A stretch of 63,239 nucleotides of DNA, counting the filler, from Octopus bimaculoides (lineage: Eukaryota): the NCBI RefSeq assembly GCF_001194135.2. It is 5 parts of 5 records of this genome, joined end to end, with 100 filler letters (N's around TTAATTAATTAA, not from the genome) between each part and the next. Parts side by side here need not be neighbours in the genome. Positions count along the whole stretch, not along the records: positions 1 to 15,111 come from NC_069008.1; positions 15,212 to 26,268 come from NC_069005.1; 3 more parts are not named here. One strand, 5' to 3'. The notes beneath the pieces are model-generated. The model did not search any database. It saw nothing but the letters and a program-made list of their open reading frames with translations, and was not told the origin of the DNA. Shown here in pieces: positions 10,801 through 23,747 of the stretch. Numbering within the stretch: the stretch's first letter is position 1; the number at the start of each line of letters is the position of its first letter. The position numbers and the translations under genes are program-made.

Positions 10801-12379
10801 TAACCTTTCCCATTTCTATTCGTCCTTCTTGTATCCATCTCCATTTCATTAATGTCTGTGTCCAGCCCATAGCTTCTTTGTTTCTCTGTCCTTGTTCGTC
10901 CCCTCTATGTAAAGGCCTTAATGGCCAAAATTTTGAAATAAAGAAGCTTGCTTTCCGACAACATGGTTCCAGGTTCAGTCCCACTGCATGGCAACTTGGG
11001 CAAGTGATGGTGGTGTTGGCAGTGTTGGTTGATGGTTGTGGTGGTAGTGGTGGTGGTGGGATTGATGTTGAGGATGGTAGTGGTGGTGGTGGTGGTGATG
11101 GTAGCCGTGCTGTGTTATAACTTCATCTGTTACCCATGTCGGCCACGTATGTAGCTGTCACTCTCACCTCCACATCACTCGTCATTTGTCACTCATTACT
11201 CGTCACCCACCACCACCACTACCTCTACTTAGCCTTGTTATCTAGAACATACATATATCACCAGTTTTTTTTTTCCTTGCAGTTATCTGCTGTAATCACC
11301 CCTCCCCTCTCCCTCCATGCCCACCCTTCCTCATCACCTTTTCTCACCATTTGTCAGTTGTCACCTGTACTTTGACTTTGATGTAACAGAAATGTTGTTG
11401 TTCTTATTGTTGCTATAGTGGTGGTGGTGGTGGGGGTGGTAATGGTAGCAATCATGGTGATGGGGGTGGCAGAGATGATTGTGGGTGTAGTAGTGGTGGT
11501 GGTGGTTGTAGTAGTAGTTGTTGTAGTAGTATTAACGATGGTGTTAGTATTGGCGGTGTGTGCTGGTGGTGGGTGTTGTGATGGCGGTGGTGAGAGTCAT
11601 AGNNNNNNNNNNNNNNNNNNNNNNNNNNNNNNNNNNNNNNNNNNNNNNNNNNNNNNNNNNNNNNNNNNNNNNNNNNNNNNNNNNNNNNNNNNNNNNNNNN
11701 NNNNNNNNNNNNNNNNNNNNNNNNNNNNNNNNNNNNNNNNNNNNNNNNNNNNNNNNNNNNNNNNNNNNNNNNNNNNNNNNNNNNNNNNNNNNNNNNNNNN
11801 NNNNNNNNNNNNNNNNNNNNNNNNNNNNNNNNNNNNNNNNNNNNNNNNNNNNNNNNNNNNNNNNNNNNNNNNNNNNNNNNNNNNNNNNNNNNNNNNNNNN
11901 NNNNNNNNNNNNNNNNNNNNNNNNNNNNNNNNNNNNNNNNNNNNNNNNNNNNNNNNNNNNNNNNNNNNNNNNNNNNNNNNNNNNNNNNNNNNNNNNNNNN
12001 NNNNNNNNNNNNNNNNNNNNNNNNNNNNNNNNNNNNNNNNNNNNNNNNNNNNNNNNNNNNNNNNNNNNNNNNNNNNNNNNNNNNNNNNNNNNNNNNNNNN
12101 NNNNNNNNNNNNNNNNNNNNNNNNNNNNNNNNNNNNNNNNNNNNNNNNNNNNNNNNNNNNNNNNNNNNNNNNNNNNNNNNNNNNNNNNNNNNNNNNNNNN
12201 NNNNNNNNNNNNCATGTTTGTGTGTGTGTGTGCATGTTTGTGTGTGTGTGTGAATGTGTATGCAACTCTACATATAAATTTCATCATGATGATAACGATC
12301 CTTCTCATCATCATCATCATCATCACAATCATCATCATCACGATCCCCCTCCTCCTCCTCCTCCTCATCATCATCATTA

Positions 12380-12700
12380 AACACCTGTTTTTCCATGCTG
12401 GCATGGGTGGGGCCATTTGACAAGGAGCTGGCAAGCTAGAGGGCTGCAGGCCCCAGTCGTCTGTTCTAGCATGGTTTCTAAGGCTGGATGCCGCCTCCCT
12501 AACACCAACCACTTAACAGTGTGCTGGGTGATTTTTATGTGCCACTGGCACAGGTGCCATTTGTGTGGAACCAGCACAGGTGCCTTTTACATAACACTGG
12601 CATGGGTACTTTTTATGTGGCACCAGCATGGTTGCCTTTTATGTGACAGGTACATTTTACATGGCCCCAACACAACTGCTTTTTATGTGGGACCAGCATA
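12380..12700. mobile_element. Unclassified interspersed repeat (RTE-tail-like GGCTGGATGCC…CCTAACACCAACCAC, TTTTATGTGCCAC subrepeats)
   Basis: A related copy lies at about 14300-14455. Confidence 0.55.
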
Positions 12701-13040
12701 AATGCTTCTTTATATACACACATCTACATGTATATACCTATATATATTTTTGTTTATCTATTTATTTATTTATTTATTTGTAGCCATGAAATCTAAGTCA
12801 GTGACTCTTCATATAAAAACATTTATCAAGTTGAATCTAATTTGAGCATTTGTATGACACATCTTCAGACTAATAAATGCTTTATTATTAAAATTCTAGG
12901 CCCTTGAGTTACAAATATAACATCTTATCTATCTGTCTATCTATCTATCTATCTATCTGTCTGTCTGTCTGTATGTATGCCTGCCTGTCTGTCTATCTGT
13001 CTTTCTATCCATCCATCCATCTACCAATCTAATATATCTA

Positions 13041-14300
13041 TCTATAATACATTAAAAATGAACTTCAATTTTGCTTGCTTGCATTGTTACCCAGCCAAAC
13101 TGGCAAATAATGGGAAAATATTATGAATTAAGTCCTCCTGAAATGTGAATACAAATGGAATAAGAAATGTTTCATGTAAATTGGACAACTGGTTGTTGGG
13201 ATATTAGGGGTTTCGGGGTATAAATACCCCAAACAGTGCATAGTGGGAAGATACCCTGAAAATAACTTAACCTTGGAAGGGAAGAAACTCTAACTTTTCG
13301 ATTAGATATATTAGTGACTTGACAACGAAAAAATACAAGTTGTTTTTTCACAGTAAATGTTTCTGTTTTTGCTTTTGTTAAACACAATATTCTAATCATT
13401 TAGAAATATTTTTAAGTGAATGTGATTTCAAAAATGTAAGTTGTTTGTGCAGTATGTATTTATATTTTAGCTTTCTGTAAACAGACAATATTTTAATGTT
13501 TTTTTTAATTATTTTCAAGTGAATAACATTACAAAAATTTTTTTTGGTATATTTAAAATATAGTTTTAAGTGAAAATGATTTTAAGAATATGGTAATTAT
13601 TTTGTAAAGGACCCATTCATAATCTCGGTGTGAAATAATTCTTTTCCGTAGGTTTCTTTCAAATGCATTCAACGTATCTAACTTTCAAAAATTTGGTTGC
13701 TGTTTCTTGCACGCCCTGCTACCAAGTAACTATTTGTGATAAAGGACCCGAAATACCTGTTACGTGGTAGCAGGGCGTGCAAGAAATAGCAGCCAAATGT
13801 TTCCTTTTCTGGGGAAAGGAGCCATTTACACATGATTTTAATATCACATTCATTGAAAGCATGTGAAATAACCTGGAAAAGAAAGCAATCAATGAAACAA
13901 AGCTCTGTTGCTAGGAAACTCAGACTTTCCCAGTGATCCAATCAGTCACAGGTAGTCTAGTATTACATTAGAAATGAACTTCAATCTTGCTTGCTTCCTT
14001 GCAATGTTACACAACCAAACCAGCGCATAATAGGAAAATACTTTGAAAGTAAAGTACCCCGGAAATGTGAATACAAACTGAATAAAACAAGTTTTGCGTA
14101 AATCAGACCAGTGGTTATTGAGATATTTGGGGTTTTGGGGGTATAAATACCCAAAACAGCGCATAATGGGAAAATACTCCGAAAAAAAAAGCTTAACCCT
14201 GGATGGGAAGAAAGTTAAACCATTCCTTTAGACACATTATGATGGGCAAAATATTTTAAAGTGAAAATGACTTTAAAAATACGGTAAATATTTGGTAAAA
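13041..14300 (+). mobile_element. Two tandem diverged units of a probable non-autonomous Helitron
   Basis: About 250 bp at 13045-13300 recur at 13960-14215. The first unit starts TC-TATAATAC… and ends in a weak hairpin plus CTAG|T (about 13957-13961), where the second unit begins. Confidence 0.45.
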
Positions 14301-14526
14301 AGCTGGATGCCCTTCTTAATGCCAACCATTCCAAGAGTGTAGTGGGTGCTTTTTATGTGCCACCATCACAGAGGCCAATCAGGTGGCACTGGCATCGGCC
14401 ACACTCAAATGGTGCATTTTATGTGCCACCGGTATGGGTGCCGGAGTGATGTGGATGCTAAAGGGTTAATCCTCTTAAACTTTTCATTATATATATACAT
14501 CAACATACATATATCTTTTTTTTTTA

Positions 14527-14900
14527 TCTTTTACTTGTTTCAGTCATTAGACTGAGGTCATGCTGGAGCACCACCTTGAAGAAATTTTAAACCTGGTATT
14601 TATTCTATCAATTGATTTTGTTGAACTGCTAGGTTACAGGGATGTAAATACACCAACACTGGTTGCCAAGCAATAGTGGGCAACAAAGATAAACAGAAAG
14701 ACAAAGACACACACACAGACACACACATATGTGTATATGACAAGCTTCTTTCAGTTTCCGTCTACCAAATCCACTCACAAGGCTTTGGTCAGCCCGAGGA
14801 TATAGTAGAAGACAATTGCTCAAGGTACCATGTGTCGGGACTGAACCCAGAACTATGTGATCGAGAAGCAAGCTTCTTACCACACAGCCATAGCTGTGCC
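14527..14900 (-). mobile_element. SINE family A, full-length copy
   Basis: Reverse complement of 9802-10190 with an internal (CA)/(TA) tract. Confidence 0.9.
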
Positions 14901-14974
14901 TATATATATATATACACATATATACATAATGCATATGATTATGTTTATGTATATGTTTATATGCATATGTATGA

Positions 14975-15111
14975 AGGCATGTGGCCAGGAGCTAGACTGT
15001 TGCACTCGTGATTGGTAGATTGTAGATTGAATTACCAGACAAGGTGGCACCTTGTGTTCTTGAGCAAAACACTTCATTTCACGTTGCTCCAGTCCCTCCG
15101 TTCAATCGGGG
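14975..15111 (+). mobile_element. SINE family C-like 5' part
   Basis: Degenerate tRNA head followed by TTGTGTTCTTGAGCAAAACACTTCATTTCACGTTGCTCCAGTC, as in the copies at 36020-36494. Confidence 0.7.
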
Positions 15112-15155
15112 NNNNNNNNNNNNNNNNNNNNNNNNNNNNNNNNNNNNNNNNNNNN

Positions 15156-15167
15156 TTAATTAATTAA
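15156..15167. other. Assembly linker TTAATTAATTAA inside a 100-nt gap (also 26313-26324, 57113-57124, 59591-59602)
   Basis: The identical 12-mer (stop codons in all six frames) sits between 44-N runs four times. Confidence 0.9.
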
Positions 15168-15454
15168 NNNNNNNNNNNNNNNNNNNNNNNNNNNNNNNNN
15201 NNNNNNNNNNNATATATATATATATATATATACATACATACAGACACAAATTGAAAACGCAAATCAGAGGCACTCAGACAGATTCCCGAACGCATAAATG
15301 AAAATATTCAAAGTAGTTGAATCATATACATTTATGCACATCAACATAAATCATGCATGTACAGGCGTAAAGATTCTGAGCGGTATAAAGAATAAAACCA
15401 AACATACATAAAAATATTGAAGAAATATAAAAATATATAAAAATACACATAAAA

Positions 15455-17720
15455 TTACATATAAATAGAATTTACATGTAAGGAGTTATGCATGATAAAT
15501 ATAGGAGGTGCAAAACGAATGAGAGGTTGATAAATAAAAACGTTAACCTTTAAAATGGCAAACCGCCTAAATTGTCTAAAAAACATATAGGATATAAGAT
15601 AGAAATTACGCGAGATATCAAGATTAAGAAAAACATAAATAAAATAGGATCCAAAAATAGGATGGTCTTCCATCGGCCGATTCAAAGGTACATTACCGGT
15701 CATGGTTAAAAATTAACTACTCCTTATATGTAATGTCCCCTTCATCAGGATGATGTCCTCCTTGGTAAATTTCAACGTACTAATAATCTAGCAGAATAAT
15801 CTAGCAGAATAGGTGTGTTATTTCCCATGATTGTCTAAGATTTAACTTCGAAGATATTGGTAAAACTTATCCTTTGCTGAAAAACCAAGAAAGAGCAAAT
15901 GCTATGTAAGATCAAGAAATGTTCATACAACTGCAACCGAGAAACCTGAGGAGAGGAATATAGGTATCTGAGGTAAAGATAAAGTACAAGAAAAGTTAGA
16001 GAAGAAACCAAAGAAAAATGTCTAACATGAAGCAGTTTCAGATTTCTGTGCTTTATTCATAGGAAAACGATATCTCCCAGTTCCTTTACAGTCACTTCTG
16101 CTTTGATGTTTAAAAATGTTTTCTATATTTTCCTGCATTCTGTGGTCCACAGATCACATCTTTCACTTCCATTTTGTAGGCTTTGGATCTTTCTTTTTTT
16201 GCAATTGAATTTTCTAGTCTTAAATCTTCTTTTCTAATTACCAAATGTATTTGGATATCTTTTGTTGTGCTTCTTTCTGTATGTGAACAAAAGAAGATAT
16301 GTAGTTATAACATCCTTCTTTAATTTCCCTTCTGCTATGTCTATGTAGCGTTTACGTGTCATTTCTAGATTGGTTTACACAGTGGTGACCTCTGTCTCAT
16401 AAACAATGACCTCTGCCTCTTCAGTGTTGCAAGATTTATCTAGCAGGCACGTATTTGAGTTCCTGCATGAGCGTGTGGTTTTAGTTTTGTTGGTGAGTGC
16501 GCGTCATGTGTATTTCATGCTCGTAATTCATTTGTAGTTTACTTTCAGTTTATGTCTGTTAAATATTCTTTTTTTTCTCTATGTATTTTGTATTAGATTT
16601 AACATCGAATAAAAATGGGCATGCATGTGACATTACAGTGCCTCTCTTAATTTGGAGTCATGGAGTAAGGTGAAAAGGTAAAATTCTCTTTGAATCAGTC
16701 AGCTGTTTAGTTGTAGGATCCGCTTTATCGAATATTTCATTATTTGTGAAAAGATTGGAAATCCTTCTGAGAATGTTATTAATAAAGTTCTTAAAAGCTA
16801 AGGACGGTAGTATTTAAACAATTATATGTTAATGTTAGAGAATTTTTAATTGAGTTTCTAAATGGTTTGTGCTAGTTGTTAAATCTAGTGTGAAAATAAT
16901 TTGTAGCGTTAGTGAATATATAGCTTTTTAAAGCCGAAAGTGCTGAAAATGTTGATAATGTTCGGGCTTGATTTGTCTAATGTGTGACAATTAGTGATTA
17001 TTTCTATAGCTTACCGTCATCTCCGTAAGAGCCTCAGGCTAATGTAGTAAATTACTTTGTAAGTACACCCTGAAACATAATCCTACAACCTAGCATATAT
17101 CTGCACTGCCATATGACCCATACATTTTTTTTACAAAAGTATAGGTTTTTTAGCTTGCCTTATTTTATCTATATAACTATCGTCCACAATAATGTTGTTC
17201 TTAGAAAATTCTGAAGCGTAGCTTCGTAGAGTTTTAGACATTGGGGATAAAATTCAATTATGTTAGGTTGTGTAAATCTGTGTGTTTATCAATATTTTGT
17301 AACCATCTAATAACATTATCATCATCATTACTAGTCAACTGTCGAAGGTTGGGATAGTTATTAATGCTATTGTTAATATTATCTTGAATCTTCTTACTAA
17401 ATATTCCTATGCCAGATTAGGCTTAGTTTAATTAACTGCATTTAGGATTAGCTACAATGTTTTCCTTTTGGTCCTTAATTGTGATGAATGTTTAGCGTTT
17501 CGCTAAAAAAAATATTTCAGTATATTATCTAATATTCACTGTTTATATTTTTACATGTCTTACTTCCTGTTTTTATATAGTTTTATGTAATATTATTTAA
17601 TATTTAATTTAATGGCTGCTTTGTGTAGTACTTTATCTATTCCAGACAAACTTTTAGCTCTTTTGTTTTATTTTTTTCTAAAGATTTAAGTTTTAAAAGG
17701 TTTCTTATTTTGTTTCACGG
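15455..17720 (-). mobile_element. Penelope-like element remnant (RT + GIY-YIG + terminal repeat), heavily decayed
   Basis: MGSYGSADIC and YGDDG (RT motifs, about 17010-17125). RYIDIAEG…SKYIW…CDLW (GIY-YIG, about 16130-16350). Degenerate hammerhead at 15671-15752. Confidence 0.55.
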
Positions 17721-17764
17721 TGTGTTTTACGTTTGTTTGAAAAGTATACTTAGGGAAGATGCAG

Positions 17765-17925
17765 TGAGCTGCAGAATCGTTGGTGGACAGAATGATTTCT
17801 CTTTGCGTCCTGTATTAAAATGCCGCCGAGGTCAACTTGCCTGTTATCCTTTCGGGGTCAATAAAATGATTACTAGTTGAGCACCTTAAAATTTGCTGGC
17901 CTTGTGCCAAAATTCGAAACCATAT
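17765..17925 (+). mobile_element. SINE family B, diverged
   Basis: GTGAGCTGCAGAATCG…ATGCCGCCGAGGTCAACTTGCC…CTTTCGGGGTC…GGCCTTGTGCC. Confidence 0.7.
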
Positions 17926-18360
17926 ACTTATGGAATTAAATCTTCATTACGAAATCAAGAGGGTTGTATGCAAAGGATTTTTAGAGCCTTAATTGTTAGA
18001 TGGTAGTTGTTTTCATACATAGTTTTATGTCAAACAAAGCCACATTCCAACATTCCAACGCCTGCCTTTAACTAAATCCTGTCTTTTCTCCAGTAGTTTC
18101 CTGACAGGCTTCTTTAACGGAGTCAAACTGTTTTGGCAGAGTAGTGTGAGTGCTATAAATCCATACTTGCTAAATTCATCTTTTAATGCTAAGAACACTT
18201 GATTATATTGAGCATCTGTACATATCGCAAAAATGTTGCAACGATATCTTCATAGTCAATATATGTGTTAAATCAGTTTATCCCAAATCGTTGAAACGAC
18301 GTCTGGACATATAATATGCGTACTGCAACACTTTGTTGAAACGATATCAGGCCGTACTTA

Positions 18361-18375
18361 TATGTGTGTGTGTGT

Positions 18376-18446
<71 letters not shown>
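18361..18446. repeat. (TG)n microsatellite
   Basis: Direct reading. Confidence 0.95.
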
Positions 18447-18451
<5 letters not shown>

Positions 18452-18837
18452 CTGTGGGTGTATTGCATCTTTATATCAGAAATCGTTTGAACGTAGTTTT
18501 GACATAAATTGTATCTGTATATCACAAATCATTAGATTGATATTTTGACATGCAATATATGTATAAGATAGAAGGGAGATGTTATTGTATTATGTTTGAT
18601 GAATAATATCAAAGATACCAGCAAAGCGAAAGAGTACTTGATACAAATAAGCAGTGTAATAATGTATCCGTAATTTTAAAGCAATACCAGAAAAAACATT
18701 TAAGCAGCCAAAGTTTTTGCTGTCTGCTTGATTTCAAACCCAATATCTCCACATGTTGAGAAATATTATGAAACATATACTGAGTAATATAGAATAATAT
18801 ATACATACATACATACATACAAACATATATATATATC

Positions 18838-19469
18838 TGTGGGGGGTGTCAAAAAGATGTGTTATAATATTATTCCACATGTACAAAAGCAGCCATGCCA
18901 ACAATCCAACATACCTCCATCATCAGCTGCCCCACAGATATCATTATGGTTTCGACATCTAGGTAGTGTCAACAGCACTAAAATAAGTGTTGTATTACTC
19001 AAGAGTAATACAACACTTCATAATTACCTCCTTCGGGTAAAACCACCAATAGAAGAGAATATGACCAAAGACTGCATGTACTTCATCCCGTGCAGCTGTG
19101 GTAGGTTATACAAAGGTGAAACATGTCGCCCCCTCAAAATAAGGGTAGACGAACATTGCAAAGCTGTGACACGAGGAGATATTGATAAATCGGGTATAGC
19201 TGATCATGTATGGAAAAATGGAGACCACGTCCCCCTGTGGGATGAAGTTGAAATAATAGACAGAGAACACCACTGGAAAATACGAAAACTAAAATAAGCA
19301 GCACATATGATAGACCACAACAACCTCCTAAGCAGACCGAGTGCAGGTATGAGTAGCATATGGGAACCGGTATTAAGGAAAGATAGAAAAATATTAGATT
19401 TGTAGGCCCTAAAATTCACTAGATACTAGCCCCAAGATTCCGAGTTCGATTCCAAGCAGTGACCTAAAC

Positions 19470-19542
<73 letters not shown>

Positions 19543-19690
19543 TCGAAAAATACCTTAAGAATGAGAACCCAAGTTCGAAATTTCCCCAAGACACCTGAAG
19601 AAGGCTGGATGGTATATCAGCCGAAACGTTGTGTTAACAACAAAAAAGATGAGAACAAATATTCGTCGAATGTTAATAATGTAAATAATG
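18838..19690 (+). mobile_element. Penelope-like element 3' part: GIY-YIG endonuclease plus terminal repeat with hammerhead
   Basis: ORF 18839-19297: CMYFIPCSCGRLYKGETCRPLKIRVDEHCKAV…SGIADHVW…WDEVEIIDREHHWKIRKLK, continuing after a stop as AAHM…LLSRPSAGMSSIW. Typical Penelope GIY-YIG. Confidence 0.9.
19590..19635 (+). ncRNA. Minimal type-I hammerhead ribozyme motif (Penelope-associated)
   Basis: GACAC-CUGAAGA-A-GGCUG(loop)CAGCC-GAAA-C-GUU-GUGUU. Stem I GACAC/GUGUU, 5-bp stem II, palindromic AACGUU stem III. Confidence 0.7.
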
Positions 19691-19737
19691 TAATTTACCC
19701 TGTGTAGAATAGTATCGGTAAATATATATATGATGGA

Positions 19738-22285
19738 CTCTCATGTCGGTTTCGGCGTTTGAGGCTCAAACAACGTACTCTTTCTTTGTCAATCATAATG
19801 CTTATGTCGAATATGACATTTTAAGTCCCGCCAAGGCCACAGATACTGAAAGTATGAGGATTACAGGTCAGTGGCAGGTGGTATATTTGCAGCCATTTTT
19901 CTCCTTTGTCTTGCACCCTGAAGCCTGTTAATGTAAGATGCAACAAAGTTTTTAATACCATTTTGACACAACGATCTCCATTTTGTTCGTTCCAAGGCTG
20001 TTCGATCAAAGGTGTTGTGAGCTATCTTCATCTCTAAGAGGTTACTCTTCAGCTTGTCCTTANNNNNNNNNNGTTGTGAGCTATCTTCATCTCTAAGAGG
20101 TTACTCTTCAGCTTGTCCTTATATCTGAGCCATGATCGACCAACATTCCTGTGCCCACTCTCAAGCTGGCTGTACATGAGGACTTTGGGTATTCTTTTGT
20201 CACTCGTTCTGACGACATGGCCAACCCAGCGCAATTGTGATTGTATAAGGAAACTCTCAATTTCACCAGTCTTACAAGTCGACATTAGAAACTTTGTCTT
20301 TTAGCGAACAACCGCACACTGTTCTCATACAGTTTTTGTGGAATATGTCTGGTTGGTTAATGTGTCTTCTATATGGTATCCGTGATTCTGAGTCATACAA
20401 GAGAGTAGTAAAAATGGGTACTTTGTAGACTTGAAACCAAAGTACAGACTTTGGTGTCAAGTTTCATTCATGATGGAGTTTGCCAAATGCGTTGGTTGCC
20501 TTTGCAAGACGGTTGACGATTTTATCATCAAGGGAAGCGCTCAAATTCTACCAAGTTACGTAAATGACTTCACATAATTTAGGCTTTTCCCATCAACGTG
20601 TGTCAGGAAAATTGTGAACCGGTGCCCTCTGCTAGACTCCTCGAATTTGTTTCGGAGTAGGGCAAGATTACTTCCGTCTTCTTTATGCTGATGGTTAAAA
20701 TAAGGGCTTTACAAGCAGCAGAAAACCGGTCTAGAATTTCTTGAGTTTTCTGTAAGGAGGTTGCTACTAATGCAAAAGCATCTGCAAAAAGTAGATCGTA
20801 GACCATGAATGATACTGGTGCGTGGCAGTGTTCTGGCTTTGAAACGTTGATGATTCAATAGTCCACCACTTGTTAGAAACTGAAATCTGACACCTCTCTG
20901 TATGTTGCTAAAAGTATACCTCAGCATCACTGAAGAGAAGAGTGCAAACAAAATAGGGGCCATCACACAACCTTACATTGTGCCGTTTGTAACGTCGAAG
21001 GAAGCCGGAGATTCCCCATCAGACACGACACCTCATGAAAGGAGCTTATAACATTCAATATCTTGTCTGGTATACCAAGCTTTTCCAGAACTTTCCAAAG
21101 TGCTTGCCGGTTAACAGTGTGGAAGGCCTTAGTAAGGTCAACGAATATCAAGAATAACTCTTGATTTCTCTCATGTACCTTCTCCATTACATGTCGGAGG
21201 GAAAATATCATGTCTATAGTGTTTGATGATCCTGTCGAGAATGAGTCGAGCAAGAATCTTACCAGTAACAGACAGAAGAGATATTCCGCGATGATTATTA
21301 CAGACACTTCTGTTTCTTTTGTTCTTATAAAGATGTTGAATTGAAGCATCCTTGAAGTCCTCTGGTACACGGCCTACCTTCCAAATATTTATGAAGAGGT
21401 CATGCAGTTTCTTAAAAAGCTTCTGTCCACCATATTTGTAGATTTCAGGAATAGCATCCTTGCCAGGTGGTTTACCAGAAGAGATCTGTTTAATAGAGTT
21501 TACCACTTCCAGGAAGGTTGGCTTCAGAGACAGTTCCGGTATTTCAGTGTGTGTGGAACAGGCATTATGACGTCATCATTAGTGACTGAGGTGGGGTTCA
21601 ACACGGCTGCAAAGTGATCATTCCATCGTTTCGAGATGTCAGATTTGTCAGTCAGCAGTGTCTCTCTATTCGATGAAAAAATAGGAGTAACACCGTGCTC
21701 TTGAGGATCATACACTTTCTTGAAGGCCATCATAAAAGGCTTAAGAAGCCTTTCTGTCTACAACTTCTTGGAGCTCAGTAGCCTTGAAAGACCACCAGGC
21801 CTCCTTCATCTGCCTCAGAGCATGTTGGACCTGGCCTCTGCATTTCTTGCAGGCATTCTCTTTATTCATCTCTTGTGAGAGTTGTGTATTTTATCTTTTG
21901 GACATCTGTGTTGTTATCGTTGAACCAATCTGGATATTTACGAGCATGAAGTCCAAGAATCTCTCCAGATGCAAAGTGCGTTGCATCACGCAGAGCCATC
22001 CAAGATGATTCTTTGTCATCATTGATATAAACAGTGTCGAGTGCAGTGTCCAACTTGATAGACAGCTCTGCCTGCTTTTAAACAGTTTTCAAAAGCAAAA
22101 CATTAATGCACTTAGGCACTGATGACTTTTGTAGTCTTGTATGTCTCCAATGGAACGTAGCCTTGCTACGGAGAAGAGAATGGTCAGAGAGATAGCAGGT
22201 GTTATGAAAAGAATGTGTAATGTTAAAGTCACTAATATCTCGTTTCTTGGTGATAACATAGTCTATGAAATGCCAATCCTTAGAT
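19738..22285 (-). mobile_element. RTE-clade LINE (EN-RT), multiple stops and frameshifts
   Basis: WHFIDYVITKKRDISDF…SDHSLLRSK (EN C-terminus); KPPGKDAIPEIYKYGG…NHRGISLLSVTGKILAR; FVDLTKAFHTVNR; LFADAFAL; LRWVGHVVR…PKVLMYSQL…RYKDKLK; 3' tail before (TA)n. Confidence 0.92.
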
Positions 22286-23019
22286 CTAGGATATATCTTT
22301 TATTACTTTTATTACTCTCGGTTTGACTTCTATGACTTTTATTTTTAATTTTTTACTTTATTTTTTTACTTTTGATCTTCTCTTTCTATCTTATACACGC
22401 TAGTTAAATATAAACTCAATCCAATCTATTTAACATTCACTCTATGCTGAATTGTGGTACAGTATGGGCAGATTTTTGAAATCCAACGAACATTTATACA
22501 GATATACCTTTTTTAAAGGGATGTGATAAACCTATTATAATGGGTAATACTAAGTGTACTTTTTCTTTTTCTTTTGTGATGTAATCTTTGGACTAGCAAT
22601 GTTTGCGGCTGAAGATAGCTTTAAACCATCTTTTATATCAACAATATACCTATTCTGATGTAATGACAGATTGTTTATAAAGCTTGAAACACGTGTACCG
22701 CNNNNNNNNNNNNNNNNNNNNNNNNNNNNNNNNNNNNNNNNNNNNNNNNNNNNNNNNNNNNNNNNNNNNNNNNNNNNNNNNNNNNNNNNNNNNNNNNNNN
22801 NNNNNNNNNNNNNNNNNNNNNNNNNNNNNNNNNNNNNNNNNNNNNNNNNNNNNNNNNNNNNNNNNNNNNNNNNNNNNNNNNNNNNNNNNNNNNNNNNNNN
22901 NNNNNNNNNNNNNNNNNNNNNNNNNNNNNNNNNNNNNNNNNNNNNNNNNNNNNNNNNNNNNNNNNNNNNNNNNNNNNNNNNNNNNNNNNTATATATATAT
23001 ACAGTTGGATGGCCGTTGA

Positions 23020-23330
23020 CTACTCATGAATTCTTCCGCCCATTATGATAGGTTTTATTTTTCGTCCTGCAGGATGTCCAACTATCACCCTCCTCACTAA
23101 GCAAGCTTGGTGGGATTGCCAGTTTGGTCGCCAACGACCCGACCATGTAATAGGTTGTACTGGATTACATGTTACCAGTAGCAAACAAGAGCGACTAATA
23201 ACACTCGAGAGCAACCTGACCTTTTTTAAGGTGAGGGTAGGGTTGCCTAAGGAGATATCCTTGCAGTAAGAGGCAACTTACACAAGCAGGTTGGTTGATT
23301 AGGGGTGGTTAGGGGTGGGTGAAGAACGTG
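23020..23330 (-). mobile_element. Probable RTE 5' region, possibly belonging to the 19738-22285 element
   Basis: Same orientation and upstream of the EN fragment; GC-richer LINE-5'-like text ending GGACGAAAAATAAAACC…ATAATG. Assignment is by resemblance only. Confidence 0.35.
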
Positions 23331-23693
23331 AGCAAGCTGGAAGATATAGTTCTCTAGGTAAGGAATTTAAGATAAAGAGAAAACAAAACATTTTTGTTCA
23401 GAGAGATGGCCACACTAGTCTGCAAAAGATATAGGCATGTATGTGTATAGTAATACTTTGCTATGTTAGAAAGTATTAGTCTAGCGAAGGAGAAAAAATA
23501 CAAGCTTACATTTGAAAAGTTTCAAAGTTCGACAGGACAACGATAGAAATTTCGAAAAGGAGAAAGATAGAGAAAGTGAGAGGGAGGGACAGAGGAGCAT
23601 AAAGATATCTAGATAGTGACTTACGAACCAGCAAACTGGAAGATATAAGGGACATGGACAATGAGAGGGATAGAGAAACGTGATCAAGCTGAA

Positions 23694-23747
<54 letters not shown>

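Noticed and set aside
15112-15211. TTAATTAATTAA islands in gaps (also 26313, 57113, 59591) resembling piggyBac TTAA target sites
   Set aside because: The identical 12-mer sits between 44-N runs, giving exactly 100 nt each time. This is an assembly join marker with six-frame stops, not biology.
20014-20121. Direct repeat of about 48 bp within the RTE
   Set aside because: The copies flank a 10-N gap exactly, as expected from overlapping contig ends. The duplication around 47761-47770 has the same explanation.
23225-23290. Possible HDV-like ribozyme at the putative RTE 5' end (GTTGCC/GGCAAC helix)
   Set aside because: Only a P1-like helix and a weak hairpin are visible. No convincing P1.1/L3, P2 or catalytic J4/2 could be assigned by eye.
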